Below are positions 50,080 through 59,017 of a stretch of 64,000 bases of DNA, piece by piece. The notes under the pieces were generated by a model. That model made no database searches, was not told the origin of the DNA, and saw only the letters and a list, made by a program, of their open reading frames with translations. Position numbers and translations under genes: made by a program. Source of the DNA: Rhodospirillaceae bacterium. Lineage in GTDB: Bacteria; Pseudomonadota; Alphaproteobacteria; UBA6615. The DNA is taken from the NCBI GenBank assembly GCA_002713365.1, contig PASR01000011.1, positions 342,110-406,109 of the forward strand. Reading direction: 5' to 3'. Position 1 is the stretch's first letter; every line of letters starts with the position of its first letter.

Positions 50080-51906
50080 ATGAATAAAACTTATAAAAAT
50101 AAAAGTAAAAATAATTTTGCTTCGGGTAAAGAATGGAGTGTTATCCGTAAATTATTACCATTTTTGTGGCCTATCGGTCAGTGGGAAATGAAATTTAGAG
50201 TAGTAATAGCGATAATACTCTTGATTTTAGCAAAAATGGCTACTGTTGCAGTTCCTGCAGTTTTTGGAAAAGTAGTAGATCTACTGGATGCTTTAGGATC
50301 TGAAGAAGTGATCTTACCAATAGCACTTCTCATCGGTTATGGCTTACTCAGGGTTGGTCAACAGGGATTTGCAGAATTACGTGATTTTGTATTTGCGAGG
50401 GTGGGGCAAAGAGCTATTCGTCATATAGCACTGATTGTTTTTCGTCATCTGCATAGTTTGGCGTTACATTTCCATTTAGATCGTCAGACTGGGGGTTTGA
50501 GTAGGGCTATAGAGCGCGGAATTAAGGGCATAGATTTTTTACTTCGGTTTATGTTGTTTAACATACTGCCTACTCTTGTAGAAATTACTCTAGTTTGTGG
50601 AATATTATGGTCTTTATTTGGATTCATATTTAGTTTTATTACGCTAATAACTGTAGTTATTTATGTTGCCTTTACTCTTCTATTTACTGAATGGAGGTTA
50701 AAATTTAGGAGAGCTATGAATGAAAGCGATAACGATGCAAACACAAAAGCTATCGATAGCCTACTTAACTATGAGACCGTAAAATATTTTAGTAATGAAG
50801 AGCACGAAGCAAAAAGATATGATGCATCACTGATACGTTATGAAGGAGCGGCTGTAAAAAGTCTTACTACGCTGTCTTTATTAAATGTTGGGCAAGGCAT
50901 AATTATTGCCTTTGGTCTCACTATTCTGCTTATTTTAAGTGCAAAACGGGTCTCTATCGGAGAAATGTCGATTGGCGAGTTTGCTGCCGTAAACTTATAC
51001 ATGATGCAGCTTTTTCAGCCCCTTAATTTTCTAGGCTTTGTATACCGTGAAATACGACAATCTCTAGTAGATATGGAGTATATGTTTGGTTTATTAGAGG
51101 TTGAACGGGAAATAAAAGATAGAACTGAGGCCAAGGATTTATCAGTTAGTCATGGAGAAATACGCTATGAGAACGTTTCTTTCTCCTATGATAAAACTAG
51201 AGCAATACTCAAAGACCTTAACTTTGAGGTTTCCGCCGGCCGAAAGGTGGCCATAGTTGGAGCATCCGGGGCCGGTAAGTCAACTATTTCACGTCTACTA
51301 TTCAGGTTTTACGATGTTGATGCAGGAAAAATAACTATAGATGGGCAAGACATTAGAGATATAACGCAGTCTAGTCTTCGTGCATCGATAGGCATTGTAC
51401 CTCAAGATACAGTTTTATTCAATGATACCATCTATTATAATGTTCAATATGGTAGACCATCTGCTACTCCATCTGAAGTAGAAGAAGCAGCCCGCATGGC
51501 TCATATTCATGACTTTATTATAAGCCTACCAGATGGCTATAACACTAAGGTGGGAGAGCGGGGGCTGAAATTATCAGGCGGAGAAAGGCAAAGAGTTTCT
51601 ATTGCTAGGACAATTCTGAAGCAGCCAATAGTTTTATTATTTGATGAAGCAACATCAGCTCTTGATACAAACACAGAACGAGAAATACAGAAATCATTAG
51701 AGGATGTTTCGGCAGATCGAACTACACTTATAATTGCGCACCGTTTGTCTACAGTTGTTGATGCGGATGAGATATTAGTTCTCGATGGAGGATCAATTAT
51801 TGAGCGTGGTCGTCATGAAGTGTTACTAGCTGCGAAGGGCGAATATGCCTCTCTATGGGCTCGGCAACAAGAGGCTGAAAAACGTAATCTGCATAAGTTA
51901 GGCTAA
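50080..51906 (+). CDS. atm1: ATM1/AtmA-type ABCB half transporter (fused TMD-NBD)
   Basis: FHLDRQTGG..RAIERG, DSLLNYETVKYF.NE, PLNFLG.VYRE, GASGAGKST, LSGGE, DEATSALD. Confidence 0.9.
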   Translation: MNKTYKNKSKNNFASGKEWSVIRKLLPFLWPIGQWEMKFRVVIAIILLILAKMATVAVPAVFGKVVDLLDALGSEEVILPIALLIGYGLLRVGQQGFAELRDFVFARVGQRAIRHIALIVFRHLHSLALHFHLDRQTGGLSRAIERGIKGIDFLLRFMLFNILPTLVEITLVCGILWSLFGFIFSFITLITVVIYVAFTLLFTEWRLKFRRAMNESDNDANTKAIDSLLNYETVKYFSNEEHEAKRYDASLIRYEGAAVKSLTTLSLLNVGQGIIIAFGLTILLILSAKRVSIGEMSIGEFAAVNLYMMQLFQPLNFLGFVYREIRQSLVDMEYMFGLLEVEREIKDRTEAKDLSVSHGEIRYENVSFSYDKTRAILKDLNFEVSAGRKVAIVGASGAGKSTISRLLFRFYDVDAGKITIDGQDIRDITQSSLRASIGIVPQDTVLFNDTIYYNVQYGRPSATPSEVEEAARMAHIHDFIISLPDGYNTKVGERGLKLSGGERQRVSIARTILKQPIVLLFDEATSALDTNTEREIQKSLEDVSADRTTLIIAHRLSTVVDADEILVLDGGSIIERGRHEVLLAAKGEYASLWARQQEAEKRNLHKLG

Positions 51907-52045
51907 ATAAGTAATAAAAATTGGCTATTTTAAATATGAATGTAAAATTTAAAATATAGTTTCAACTTATATATTCATTAAGACACATATTATGTGATCA
52001 TATTATACGCACATTTAATACCTTTAGGTATATGCCATAACCGAA

Positions 52046-52987
52046 TTAGGGGATTTCAATAGCATAAGTAGAAACTGGTGGAGTTTTCTTGATAAGATTA
52101 TTTGATTTCAGAAATTCGGCAAACCTCAGGTACCTATTTTTATCTAAAGCTCCTGGGCGCAAGGCAAAACGAGGTAGTGTATCCCTCCAAGCTCTTCTAT
52201 TTAACTCATTATCAAGATCTTTATGATTTTTTATGAAAAGTTTCCACGCTTGATTGGGGTGATTGATAATATATTGGGTGCCCGCCTCTACAGCTTCAAT
52301 AAAATTACGTAAACGCTTGTCATCAAGTTTATCATTTTTAGCGACTAGTATTAGCTCGTCATAAGACGGGATTCCTTCTTCTTCAAGAAATAAGGCGCGT
52401 CCGGGACGACCTAGAATATCCATCTGATTCAGTTCGAAATTTCGGAAAGCACCTATGACGGCATCCACCTGACCACTCATCAGAGAAGGTGATAGAGCAA
52501 AATTAACATTTATTAAGGTAACATCTTTGAGAGTTAATCCATGCTTGGCTAACATAGAGCCGAGCAGTGCGTCTTCAAAGCCTCCGACAGAAAAACCAAT
52601 CTTTTTTCCTTTGAGGTCAGCAATTGATTTAATAGAACTACTTTCCAGAAAAACAATTGAGTTTAATGGAGTAGCAATCAGTGTACCAATTCTTGAAAGA
52701 GGTAATCCCGCATCGATTTGTAAATGCAGTTGCGGTTGATATGACACTGCTATATCAGCTCGTCCTGCTGCCACTAGTTTTGGAGGGTCATTAGGATCGG
52801 CTGGGGCAATTAAATCTACATCAATTTGTCGTTTCGAGAATTCGCCTCGTTCTTGCGCAATAATTAAAGGTCCATGATCTGGGTTTATAAACCAGTCAAG
52901 TAATACAGTCATTTTTTCTGACGCTATAACTTGCGATGATATTGTAATTAGACCAATGCTCATCAATGAGATAATAATTTTTTTCAT
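52046..52987 (-). CDS. thiY: ThiY/NMT1-like thiamine-precursor (HMP/FAMP) ABC substrate-binding protein
   Basis: Signal peptide, LDWF.NPDH, SYQP, RNFE, YDEL; downstream of a TPP riboswitch. Confidence 0.88.
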   Translation of the reverse strand: MKKIIISLMSIGLITISSQVIASEKMTVLLDWFINPDHGPLIIAQERGEFSKRQIDVDLIAPADPNDPPKLVAAGRADIAVSYQPQLHLQIDAGLPLSRIGTLIATPLNSIVFLESSSIKSIADLKGKKIGFSVGGFEDALLGSMLAKHGLTLKDVTLINVNFALSPSLMSGQVDAVIGAFRNFELNQMDILGRPGRALFLEEEGIPSYDELILVAKNDKLDDKRLRNFIEAVEAGTQYIINHPNQAWKLFIKNHKDLDNELNRRAWRDTLPRFALRPGALDKNRYLRFAEFLKSNNLIKKTPPVSTYAIEIP

Positions 52988-53011
52988 AAAACTGACTCCA
53001 ATAACAGATAT

Positions 53012-53770
53012 TCAGGTTGCATGAGATGGGTCACTTTCGTTTTGCCATGAGATTAACCTACGTAGCAACGAATCAATGGTAAAATAAATAGTGGTGGCCA
53101 CTAAAGCTAGGATAAATAAGGCTGCAAACATTGCGTCTGTTTGAACCTGCCCATTCATCAACAACATATAATAACCAAGACCAGCCGATGAACCGACCCA
53201 TTCTCCAACTACCGCTCCAATTGGTGCTACAGCTGCGGCAACGCGTAAACCTGAAGCAAAAGCAGGCATTGCCGCAGGCAGTCGTATTTGACGCAGTATG
53301 TTGTACTTCGATGCCCTCATTGTTTGAGCTAAATCTAGCCAACCAGTTTCCGTACGTCTTAGTCCGTCGTAGAAAGCTGCGGTAACTGGAAAATAAATAA
53401 TCAGTGTTGCCATAACTACTTTTGGAAGAAGGCCATATCCAAGCCACAAAACAAGTATAGGAGCTAAGGCAAATACTGGGATTGCTTGGGTTACTACCAG
53501 AACCGGTAAAAGCCAAGATCTAGCAGGCCGATAATAAGACATTATTAGAGCACTAATTGCACCAAAAATAGTTCCAAATATTAATCCAAGAAGTATTTCT
53601 ATTATTGTAATCTTTGCGTGCCCCATTAGTATGTCAATACGTTCTACGGTAATTGTTAGTACATCAACAGGAGAAGGTAGAATAAAGGGTGCAACTCCGG
53701 TCAGACTAACTATTAACTGCCAAAGAATAATGATTCCTATGAACACTATTACGGGCCGAATAAATTTCAT
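53012..53770 (-). CDS. thiX: ThiX-like ABC permease
   Basis: LPSP, Q.IP.FALAP, LP.A.P...SGLR, IGAV.GEW.G. Confidence 0.85.
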   Translation of the reverse strand: MKFIRPVIVFIGIIILWQLIVSLTGVAPFILPSPVDVLTITVERIDILMGHAKITIIEILLGLIFGTIFGAISALIMSYYRPARSWLLPVLVVTQAIPVFALAPILVLWLGYGLLPKVVMATLIIYFPVTAAFYDGLRRTETGWLDLAQTMRASKYNILRQIRLPAAMPAFASGLRVAAAVAPIGAVVGEWVGSSAGLGYYMLLMNGQVQTDAMFAALFILALVATTIYFTIDSLLRRLISWQNESDPSHAT

Positions 53771-54576
53771 TAGGTCATGCCTTTTGATGCTGCTTCTGAA
53801 GCATAACTTAACTGATTAAGGATTTCTAAATGAAGGTTTCGAAGCTCTGGTTTGGTGGGATCTCGAGGTGTTTTACCAGGTGGATGAATAACGTTACCAA
53901 GATGTGCTGGTCGGCCTTTTAAGATATGAATATTATGACCAAGCCGAAGTGCTTCTAGTGGGTCATGGGTAACTTGGAGAACTGTACGTCCTTGTAAAAG
54001 TTTTGATGCTAATTCCTGGAGTCGAGACCTTGTAATAGCATCTACTGCTGAGAAAGGCTCATCCATTAATACTACTGGTTTTCCTTCCATTAAAGTACGC
54101 GCTAATGCCACTCGTTGTTTTTCTCCACCTGATAAAGTCCTTGGAAGAGAATCGGAGCGTTGATCTAAACCAACGTCCACTAGAAGTGATTTTATATATG
54201 CATAATCTATTTTTTCTTTTCGAAGTCTATTTCCTAACGAGATGTTTTCGGACACAGATAGCCAGGGTAACAATAAATCTTGCTGGGACATCCAAGAAAT
54301 ATACTGAGTTGGGTTATCCCCATCAGAAGTGGTAACAGTCTCACTATTGTTTATTTCTTCAAGTCCGGCAATCATTCTGAGTAGTGTAGATTTTCCAACG
54401 CCGCTAGGGCCTAAAATGCAAGTCCATTTTGCCGCAACTATATCAGCTGATAGATTTTGGAAAACAATATTATTTTTATAGGCTAAGTTGGCTCCAGTAA
54501 TTTTAAGGCCAATTCTGGGCTTTAAATTAATATCTGAGTAAGTTTTTTTATTTTTTATCAGGTTTTTTTCATACAT
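53770..54576 (-). CDS. thiZ: ThiZ-like ABC ATP-binding protein
   Basis: GPSGVGKST, LLPWL, LSGGE.QR, MDEPFSA.D, THD. Confidence 0.85.
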   Translation of the reverse strand: MYEKNLIKNKKTYSDINLKPRIGLKITGANLAYKNNIVFQNLSADIVAAKWTCILGPSGVGKSTLLRMIAGLEEINNSETVTTSDGDNPTQYISWMSQQDLLLPWLSVSENISLGNRLRKEKIDYAYIKSLLVDVGLDQRSDSLPRTLSGGEKQRVALARTLMEGKPVVLMDEPFSAVDAITRSRLQELASKLLQGRTVLQVTHDPLEALRLGHNIHILKGRPAHLGNVIHPPGKTPRDPTKPELRNLHLEILNQLSYASEAASKGMT

Positions 54577-54582
54577 CTCAAG

Positions 54583-54678
54583 CCACGCATCCCTCCGCCG
54601 GTATTAGCCGGTTCAGGTTCCAGGGGTCGTCTCGACAATCGAGACCTCTCAGCAAGTAAACAGCTCCCCCACGCAGAG
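54583..54678 (-). ncRNA. TPP riboswitch (THI-box)
   Basis: Minus strand GGGG.AGC...GCTGAGAGG...ACCC.TGGAACCTGA.CCGG.TAATACCGGCG.AGGGA matches the TPP aptamer core; sits upstream of thiZXY. Confidence 0.95.
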
Positions 54679-54684
54679 ATTTAT

Positions 54685-54714
54685 AATATGTGACCGTTAA
54701 TCATAGTTCGTCAA
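54685..54714 (-). promoter_or_regulatory. Putative sigma70 promoter for the TPP riboswitch/thiZXY transcript
   Basis: TTGACG-N18-CATATT ending ~7 nt before the aptamer. Confidence 0.5.
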
Positions 54715-54817
54715 TGGTTTCTGGATAATTAAAATATATAAATTATTATAAATAGATCTTGTATACGGCTATAAACTTAAGACAATTAAGAAAAGCGTTA
54801 AATCTATTCGGGGCATA

Positions 54818-55972
54818 ATGCTAAGAAACATGGATAATTGTTCTAAATATAGTCAATCAGTGTTTATGTGTAATGATATATATCGTAGATCCACTTTTGA
54901 TAAGAATCATCCACTTTCTATACCGAGAGTTCCTGCTACGGTAGATCTAATCAAGCAACTTGAATGGTTGCCCGATAATGTTTACTACGAAAGTTCCATA
55001 GCATCCATTGAAGAGCTATTACGGTTTCATGATGCTGATTATATAGAAGCACTTCGACAAGGAGAAAAAGGACAGGGTCTATCAAAAGAAATACGTACAC
55101 TCTATAATCTTGGTAAGATAGAAAGTCCAATTCACGCAACTATGTTTACAAGACCAGCAATATCAGCTGGTGCTATGATAGCCGCAGCAGAAATTTTAAG
55201 TTCTAATATTGCTGATGACAGCCGAAGAACTATTTATAGTCCAGCTAGTGGGAATCATCATGGTAAAAAAAATAGAGCCAGCGGATTCTGTTATCTTAAT
55301 GATATAGTACTTGCTATTCTTCGCTTACTTGATAACGGAATCTCTAAAATTTTCTATATTGATTTTGATGCACATCATGGAGATGGTGTACAAGATGCTT
55401 TTTATGATGAAGAAAAAGTTTTTACATTATCAATCCACGAAGAGGGGCGATGGCCATTTACTGGAGCTTTAGAAGACCGTGCTTGTGGCAGTGCACTAAA
55501 TTTACCAGTGCCGTCTAATTTTAACGATAATGAGATGGATTTAATATTAGATAAAGTAGTTATACCTATAGGTCAAAAATTAAAACCTGAAATAATTATT
55601 ATACAATGTGGGGCAGATTCTTTAGCTGATGATCCTTTAAGTAAATTAAAGCTGACAAATTATTCCCTTTGGAGAGCTGTGCGTTTGTCAGCTACTCTTT
55701 CAAATAAAGTTCTGGTAACGGGTGGTGGAGGATATAATCCGTGGAGCGTTGCTCGATGTTGGGCTGGAGTCTGGGCGACACTGAATAATTATGACATACC
55801 AAGTGAATTGCCTGCAGGAGCAGAAATGGTTCTGCGAAAACTTAAGTGGTCAAGGTCAGCTGGACGTAACCCCCCTGAACATTGGTTTACAACTCTATCT
55901 GATACAAGAAATAACTTACCAATTCGTAATAAAATTAGAAATATTATTAAGACTGTCAATGAGCAATGTTAA
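54818..55972 (+). CDS. acuC: AcuC/histone deacetylase family Zn-dependent deacetylase
   Basis: HPL..PR, G.HH, SGFCY.ND, DFDAHHGDG, S.H, GAD....DPL, GGGGY. Confidence 0.88.
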   Translation: MLRNMDNCSKYSQSVFMCNDIYRRSTFDKNHPLSIPRVPATVDLIKQLEWLPDNVYYESSIASIEELLRFHDADYIEALRQGEKGQGLSKEIRTLYNLGKIESPIHATMFTRPAISAGAMIAAAEILSSNIADDSRRTIYSPASGNHHGKKNRASGFCYLNDIVLAILRLLDNGISKIFYIDFDAHHGDGVQDAFYDEEKVFTLSIHEEGRWPFTGALEDRACGSALNLPVPSNFNDNEMDLILDKVVIPIGQKLKPEIIIIQCGADSLADDPLSKLKLTNYSLWRAVRLSATLSNKVLVTGGGGYNPWSVARCWAGVWATLNNYDIPSELPAGAEMVLRKLKWSRSAGRNPPEHWFTTLSDTRNNLPIRNKIRNIIKTVNEQC

Positions 55973-56484
55973 CTGGTCTCCTCATGTATATAAATACCTT
56001 ATTAGTATGGACGCAAAGTAGAAAATTACTTTCATTTACTTTAATTGCACTAATGACTCTGCCCATCAGTGGCTTAAGAGGGCAATCAACTATTAATTTT
56101 ACTAAGTCTAAACTTATAATTGAATCAAATCTCAAAAATTACGAATTTAATGTAGATGTTGCTCTGTCGCCATCCCAACAATCACGTGGCTTAATGTTTC
56201 GCTTAAAATTAGATTCAAATGCTGGCATGCTTTTTTTTCACAAACGAGAGAAGGTGGCTAGCATGTGGATGAACAATACATACATTCCTCTTGATATGTT
56301 ATTTATTAATTCTAGTGGAATTATTGTTCATATTTTTTATGGTGCAACTCCACATTCAAAAGATATTATTTCTTATAATTATCCAGTTCGTGCAGTGCTG
56401 GAGTTAGCAGCGGGGGTGGTAAATACTCATGGTATTAAGGTTGGAGATAAAGTAAAAAATGCACTATTTAACAATGCCGATTAG
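55966..56484 (+). CDS. DUF192 domain protein
   Basis: GLMFR, GMLF, MWM.NT.IPLDMLFI, VLEL..G, GD.V. Confidence 0.9.
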   Translation: MLTGLLMYINTLLVWTQSRKLLSFTLIALMTLPISGLRGQSTINFTKSKLIIESNLKNYEFNVDVALSPSQQSRGLMFRLKLDSNAGMLFFHKREKVASMWMNNTYIPLDMLFINSSGIIVHIFYGATPHSKDIISYNYPVRAVLELAAGVVNTHGIKVGDKVKNALFNNAD

Positions 56485-56659
56485 TAAAATATTTAGATCC
56501 ATGTAGATTTTCACGAAGTTAAATGTATAGATATTAAATCCTTTTTTAAATAATCAATAAGACTCAAAAGGATTAGTAGCTTATAATAATTAAAAAAAAT
56601 ATAATAAATCGTCTATTTAAGTTTGCTCCAGCAAATTAAAACGATTAGAAGGTTTTTAC

Positions 56660-56736
<77 letters not shown>

Positions 56737-56783
56737 ACCCCCCCAATTTATGTGGGGACAATAGTTTTGAGAATGTAGGCAAT

Positions 56784-57089
56784 ATGAAAGCACGTATTTA
56801 TCAACCAGCTAAAACGGCCATGCAATCAGGACGAGCAAAAACTATTGAATGGGTGCTTGAATATGAACCAACTCGTCGACAACAGTTGGACCCTTTGACG
56901 GGTTGGTCTGGGTCTGGTGATACAATGTCGCAATTGCGGCTAACTTTTGAAAATATTACTGATGCTGTTGCTTATGCCACAAAGCATGGAATTGATTACA
57001 GTATTCAGAAGTCACAAGAACGTGTTATTAAGCCTAAAGCATATGCTGATAATTTTGCAGTTTCGCGTAAAATACCTTGGAGCCATTAA
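56784..57089 (+). CDS. ETC complex I subunit (NDUFS4-like)
   Basis: MKARIYQPAKTAMQSG, W.LEY, DPL.GW.GS.D..Q..L.F, YADNF. Confidence 0.92.
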   Translation: MKARIYQPAKTAMQSGRAKTIEWVLEYEPTRRQQLDPLTGWSGSGDTMSQLRLTFENITDAVAYATKHGIDYSIQKSQERVIKPKAYADNFAVSRKIPWSH

Positions 57090-57138
57090 TTTACTATTAT
57101 GAGAGCTTAAGCAATATACTTGAGCAGATAGTGATTGG

Positions 57139-57215
<77 letters not shown>

Positions 57216-57336
57216 TACCTTATAAAAGTAGGAAATTGCTTATAAGATAAATTAGTTTTGTAGTGTTTTATTATTTATTTTCAATATTAATAATTCTATA
57301 TGGTCTCTAATTAGTTTTTTATGGAAGTTTGGTTAA

Positions 57337-57480
57337 ATGAAAATAGAAAAATATATTAATACAGAATGTGGGCTTGAAAAATACAATAAATTAAAACTAA
57401 AAACTGGAATTTGGTCATATTTTAGACTTTATTGGTTTTTAGTAGTGGCGGTAATTAGAGACAGGTTTCTCAAAATTTAG
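57337..57480 (+). CDS. Putative 47-aa small protein
   Basis: MKIEKYINTECGLEKYNKLKLKTGIWSYFRLYWFLVVAVIRDRFLKI; below the ORF-track length cutoff. Confidence 0.45.
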   Translation: MKIEKYINTECGLEKYNKLKLKTGIWSYFRLYWFLVVAVIRDRFLKI

Positions 57481-57494
57481 CTCAAGGATATAAA

Positions 57495-57587
57495 GTGCAA
57501 ATTCAGAAAATTATTTTTATGTTTATCATTTTGTATATGCTCGGCGGATGCTCTGCATTACGCACTGTGGTTTGGGTATTAACTTAG
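57495..57587 (+). CDS. Putative 30-aa micro-lipoprotein
   Basis: AAGGA RBS, GTG start, Lys plus hydrophobic h-region, LGGC lipobox. Confidence 0.4.
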   Translation: MQIQKIIFMFIILYMLGGCSALRTVVWVLT

Positions 57588-57766
57588 TAGGTAAATTGAT
57601 TAGATGTATCAAAAATATTTGAATATGAATTCAAGCATTAAATGATGTTTTTGCAATAATCACATAATTAATACTCAGAGAATGCGATAAAGAATATAAT
57701 ACGTTTATTTATTTGAGCATGTATGGGTAATAAGTGTGTTGCTAGTGAGATTGGAATAAAATACCG

Positions 57767-59017
57767 GTGGTAAAGCAATTATTTTGGGTTTTTGTTGTAC
57801 TTCTAATTGGAGGTGGCGGGTACTTTTTTCTCGAAAGAACCAAACCTAATGATCCTGAGCGTCTTCCTATTGAAAGAGAATGGGCAGTAGATACAACTCG
57901 TGTGCTTAGGACGGATATACAGCCTACATTAAATTTATCAGGTAAAATTGTTGCTGCCAGGGAGGCTGATTTAAGACCTTTTGTGGAAGGCCGAATTATT
58001 GAAATCGGAAATAATTTCTATGAAGGAGGCATAGTATCCCGCGGAGAACTTCTACTTGCCATTGACCCAATTAATTTTGAATCATCTCTAGATGATGCTA
58101 AAGCTGCTTTATTGGAGAATAGGTCGTCCAGAGAAGAAGTTTTGGTTCAAATAAGAAAAAATGTTGCATTGAGTGAATCCTATAAAAAACAAGAAGAGCT
58201 AAGAAAACTAGAACTTGAAAGAAGAGTAAGTTTATCTGGAGAGGGTATTATTTCTAAAAAGGCAAATGATGATTCTAATATTGCCTATCTATCTTCCAGG
58301 CAGATTCGTATTACAAATGATTACGAAACTAAGAGATTAAAGGCTAAGCTTAAAAGATTAGATGCAACAATATTACGTTCAGAAGTAAGAGTTGATATAG
58401 CCAAACGTAACCTAAACGAAACTCTTCTGAAAGCGCCTTTTGATGGTGTGCTTACTGATATATCTATTGCAATTGGTAAGTGGGTAAACACTAGAGATTA
58501 TGTGGCACAGATTATTGATAACGTTAATTTAGAAGTATTGTTTCATATGAGCGATGAACAATATGGACGTATAACATCACTTGGTAAGCTTGCTGGCCGA
58601 CCTGCATCGGTTATCTGGAATTCGGGTATTAATTCTATAAAATTGGAGGCAACCCTAAATAGAGCTGAGGGTGAATTTGATGCTGCATCAGGTGGAGTCT
58701 GGATTTATGCATCTATTCATCCCAATAAAAAACTAAAAGACCTCAGACCAGGAGCTTTTGTACAAACTAAAACACCTGATATTGTATACTCAAATTCTTT
58801 TCGAGTTATAGACACTGCTATTTATTCTGGTGATACAGTATTCCTATATAATAATGGACGTCTTGAGGAACGTGTTGTGAAAATTCTTGCACGTGATGGC
58901 GCGCATTTAATTATTACCGGAAACATCCAAGACGGTGATTTGATTGTTACTACACGAATTCCTGAAGTTGCACCAGGATTGAAGGTTAGAACTAATTCAG
59001 AGTCATCACAATCGTGA
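57767..59017 (+). CDS. RND efflux periplasmic adaptor (MFP)
   Basis: N-terminal TM, V.G.I...G..V..G.LL..IDP, alpha-helical hairpin, L.APFDG, LRPG.FV. Confidence 0.9.
   Translation: MVKQLFWVFVVLLIGGGGYFFLERTKPNDPERLPIEREWAVDTTRVLRTDIQPTLNLSGKIVAAREADLRPFVEGRIIEIGNNFYEGGIVSRGELLLAIDPINFESSLDDAKAALLENRSSREEVLVQIRKNVALSESYKKQEELRKLELERRVSLSGEGIISKKANDDSNIAYLSSRQIRITNDYETKRLKAKLKRLDATILRSEVRVDIAKRNLNETLLKAPFDGVLTDISIAIGKWVNTRDYVAQIIDNVNLEVLFHMSDEQYGRITSLGKLAGRPASVIWNSGINSIKLEATLNRAEGEFDAASGGVWIYASIHPNKKLKDLRPGAFVQTKTPDIVYSNSFRVIDTAIYSGDTVFLYNNGRLEERVVKILARDGAHLIITGNIQDGDLIVTTRIPEVAPGLKVRTNSESSQS

Noticed and set aside
57216..57766. Genomic island or prophage integrated at tRNA-Arg
   Set aside because: No integrase, phage gene or duplicated tRNA 3' end is visible in the window.
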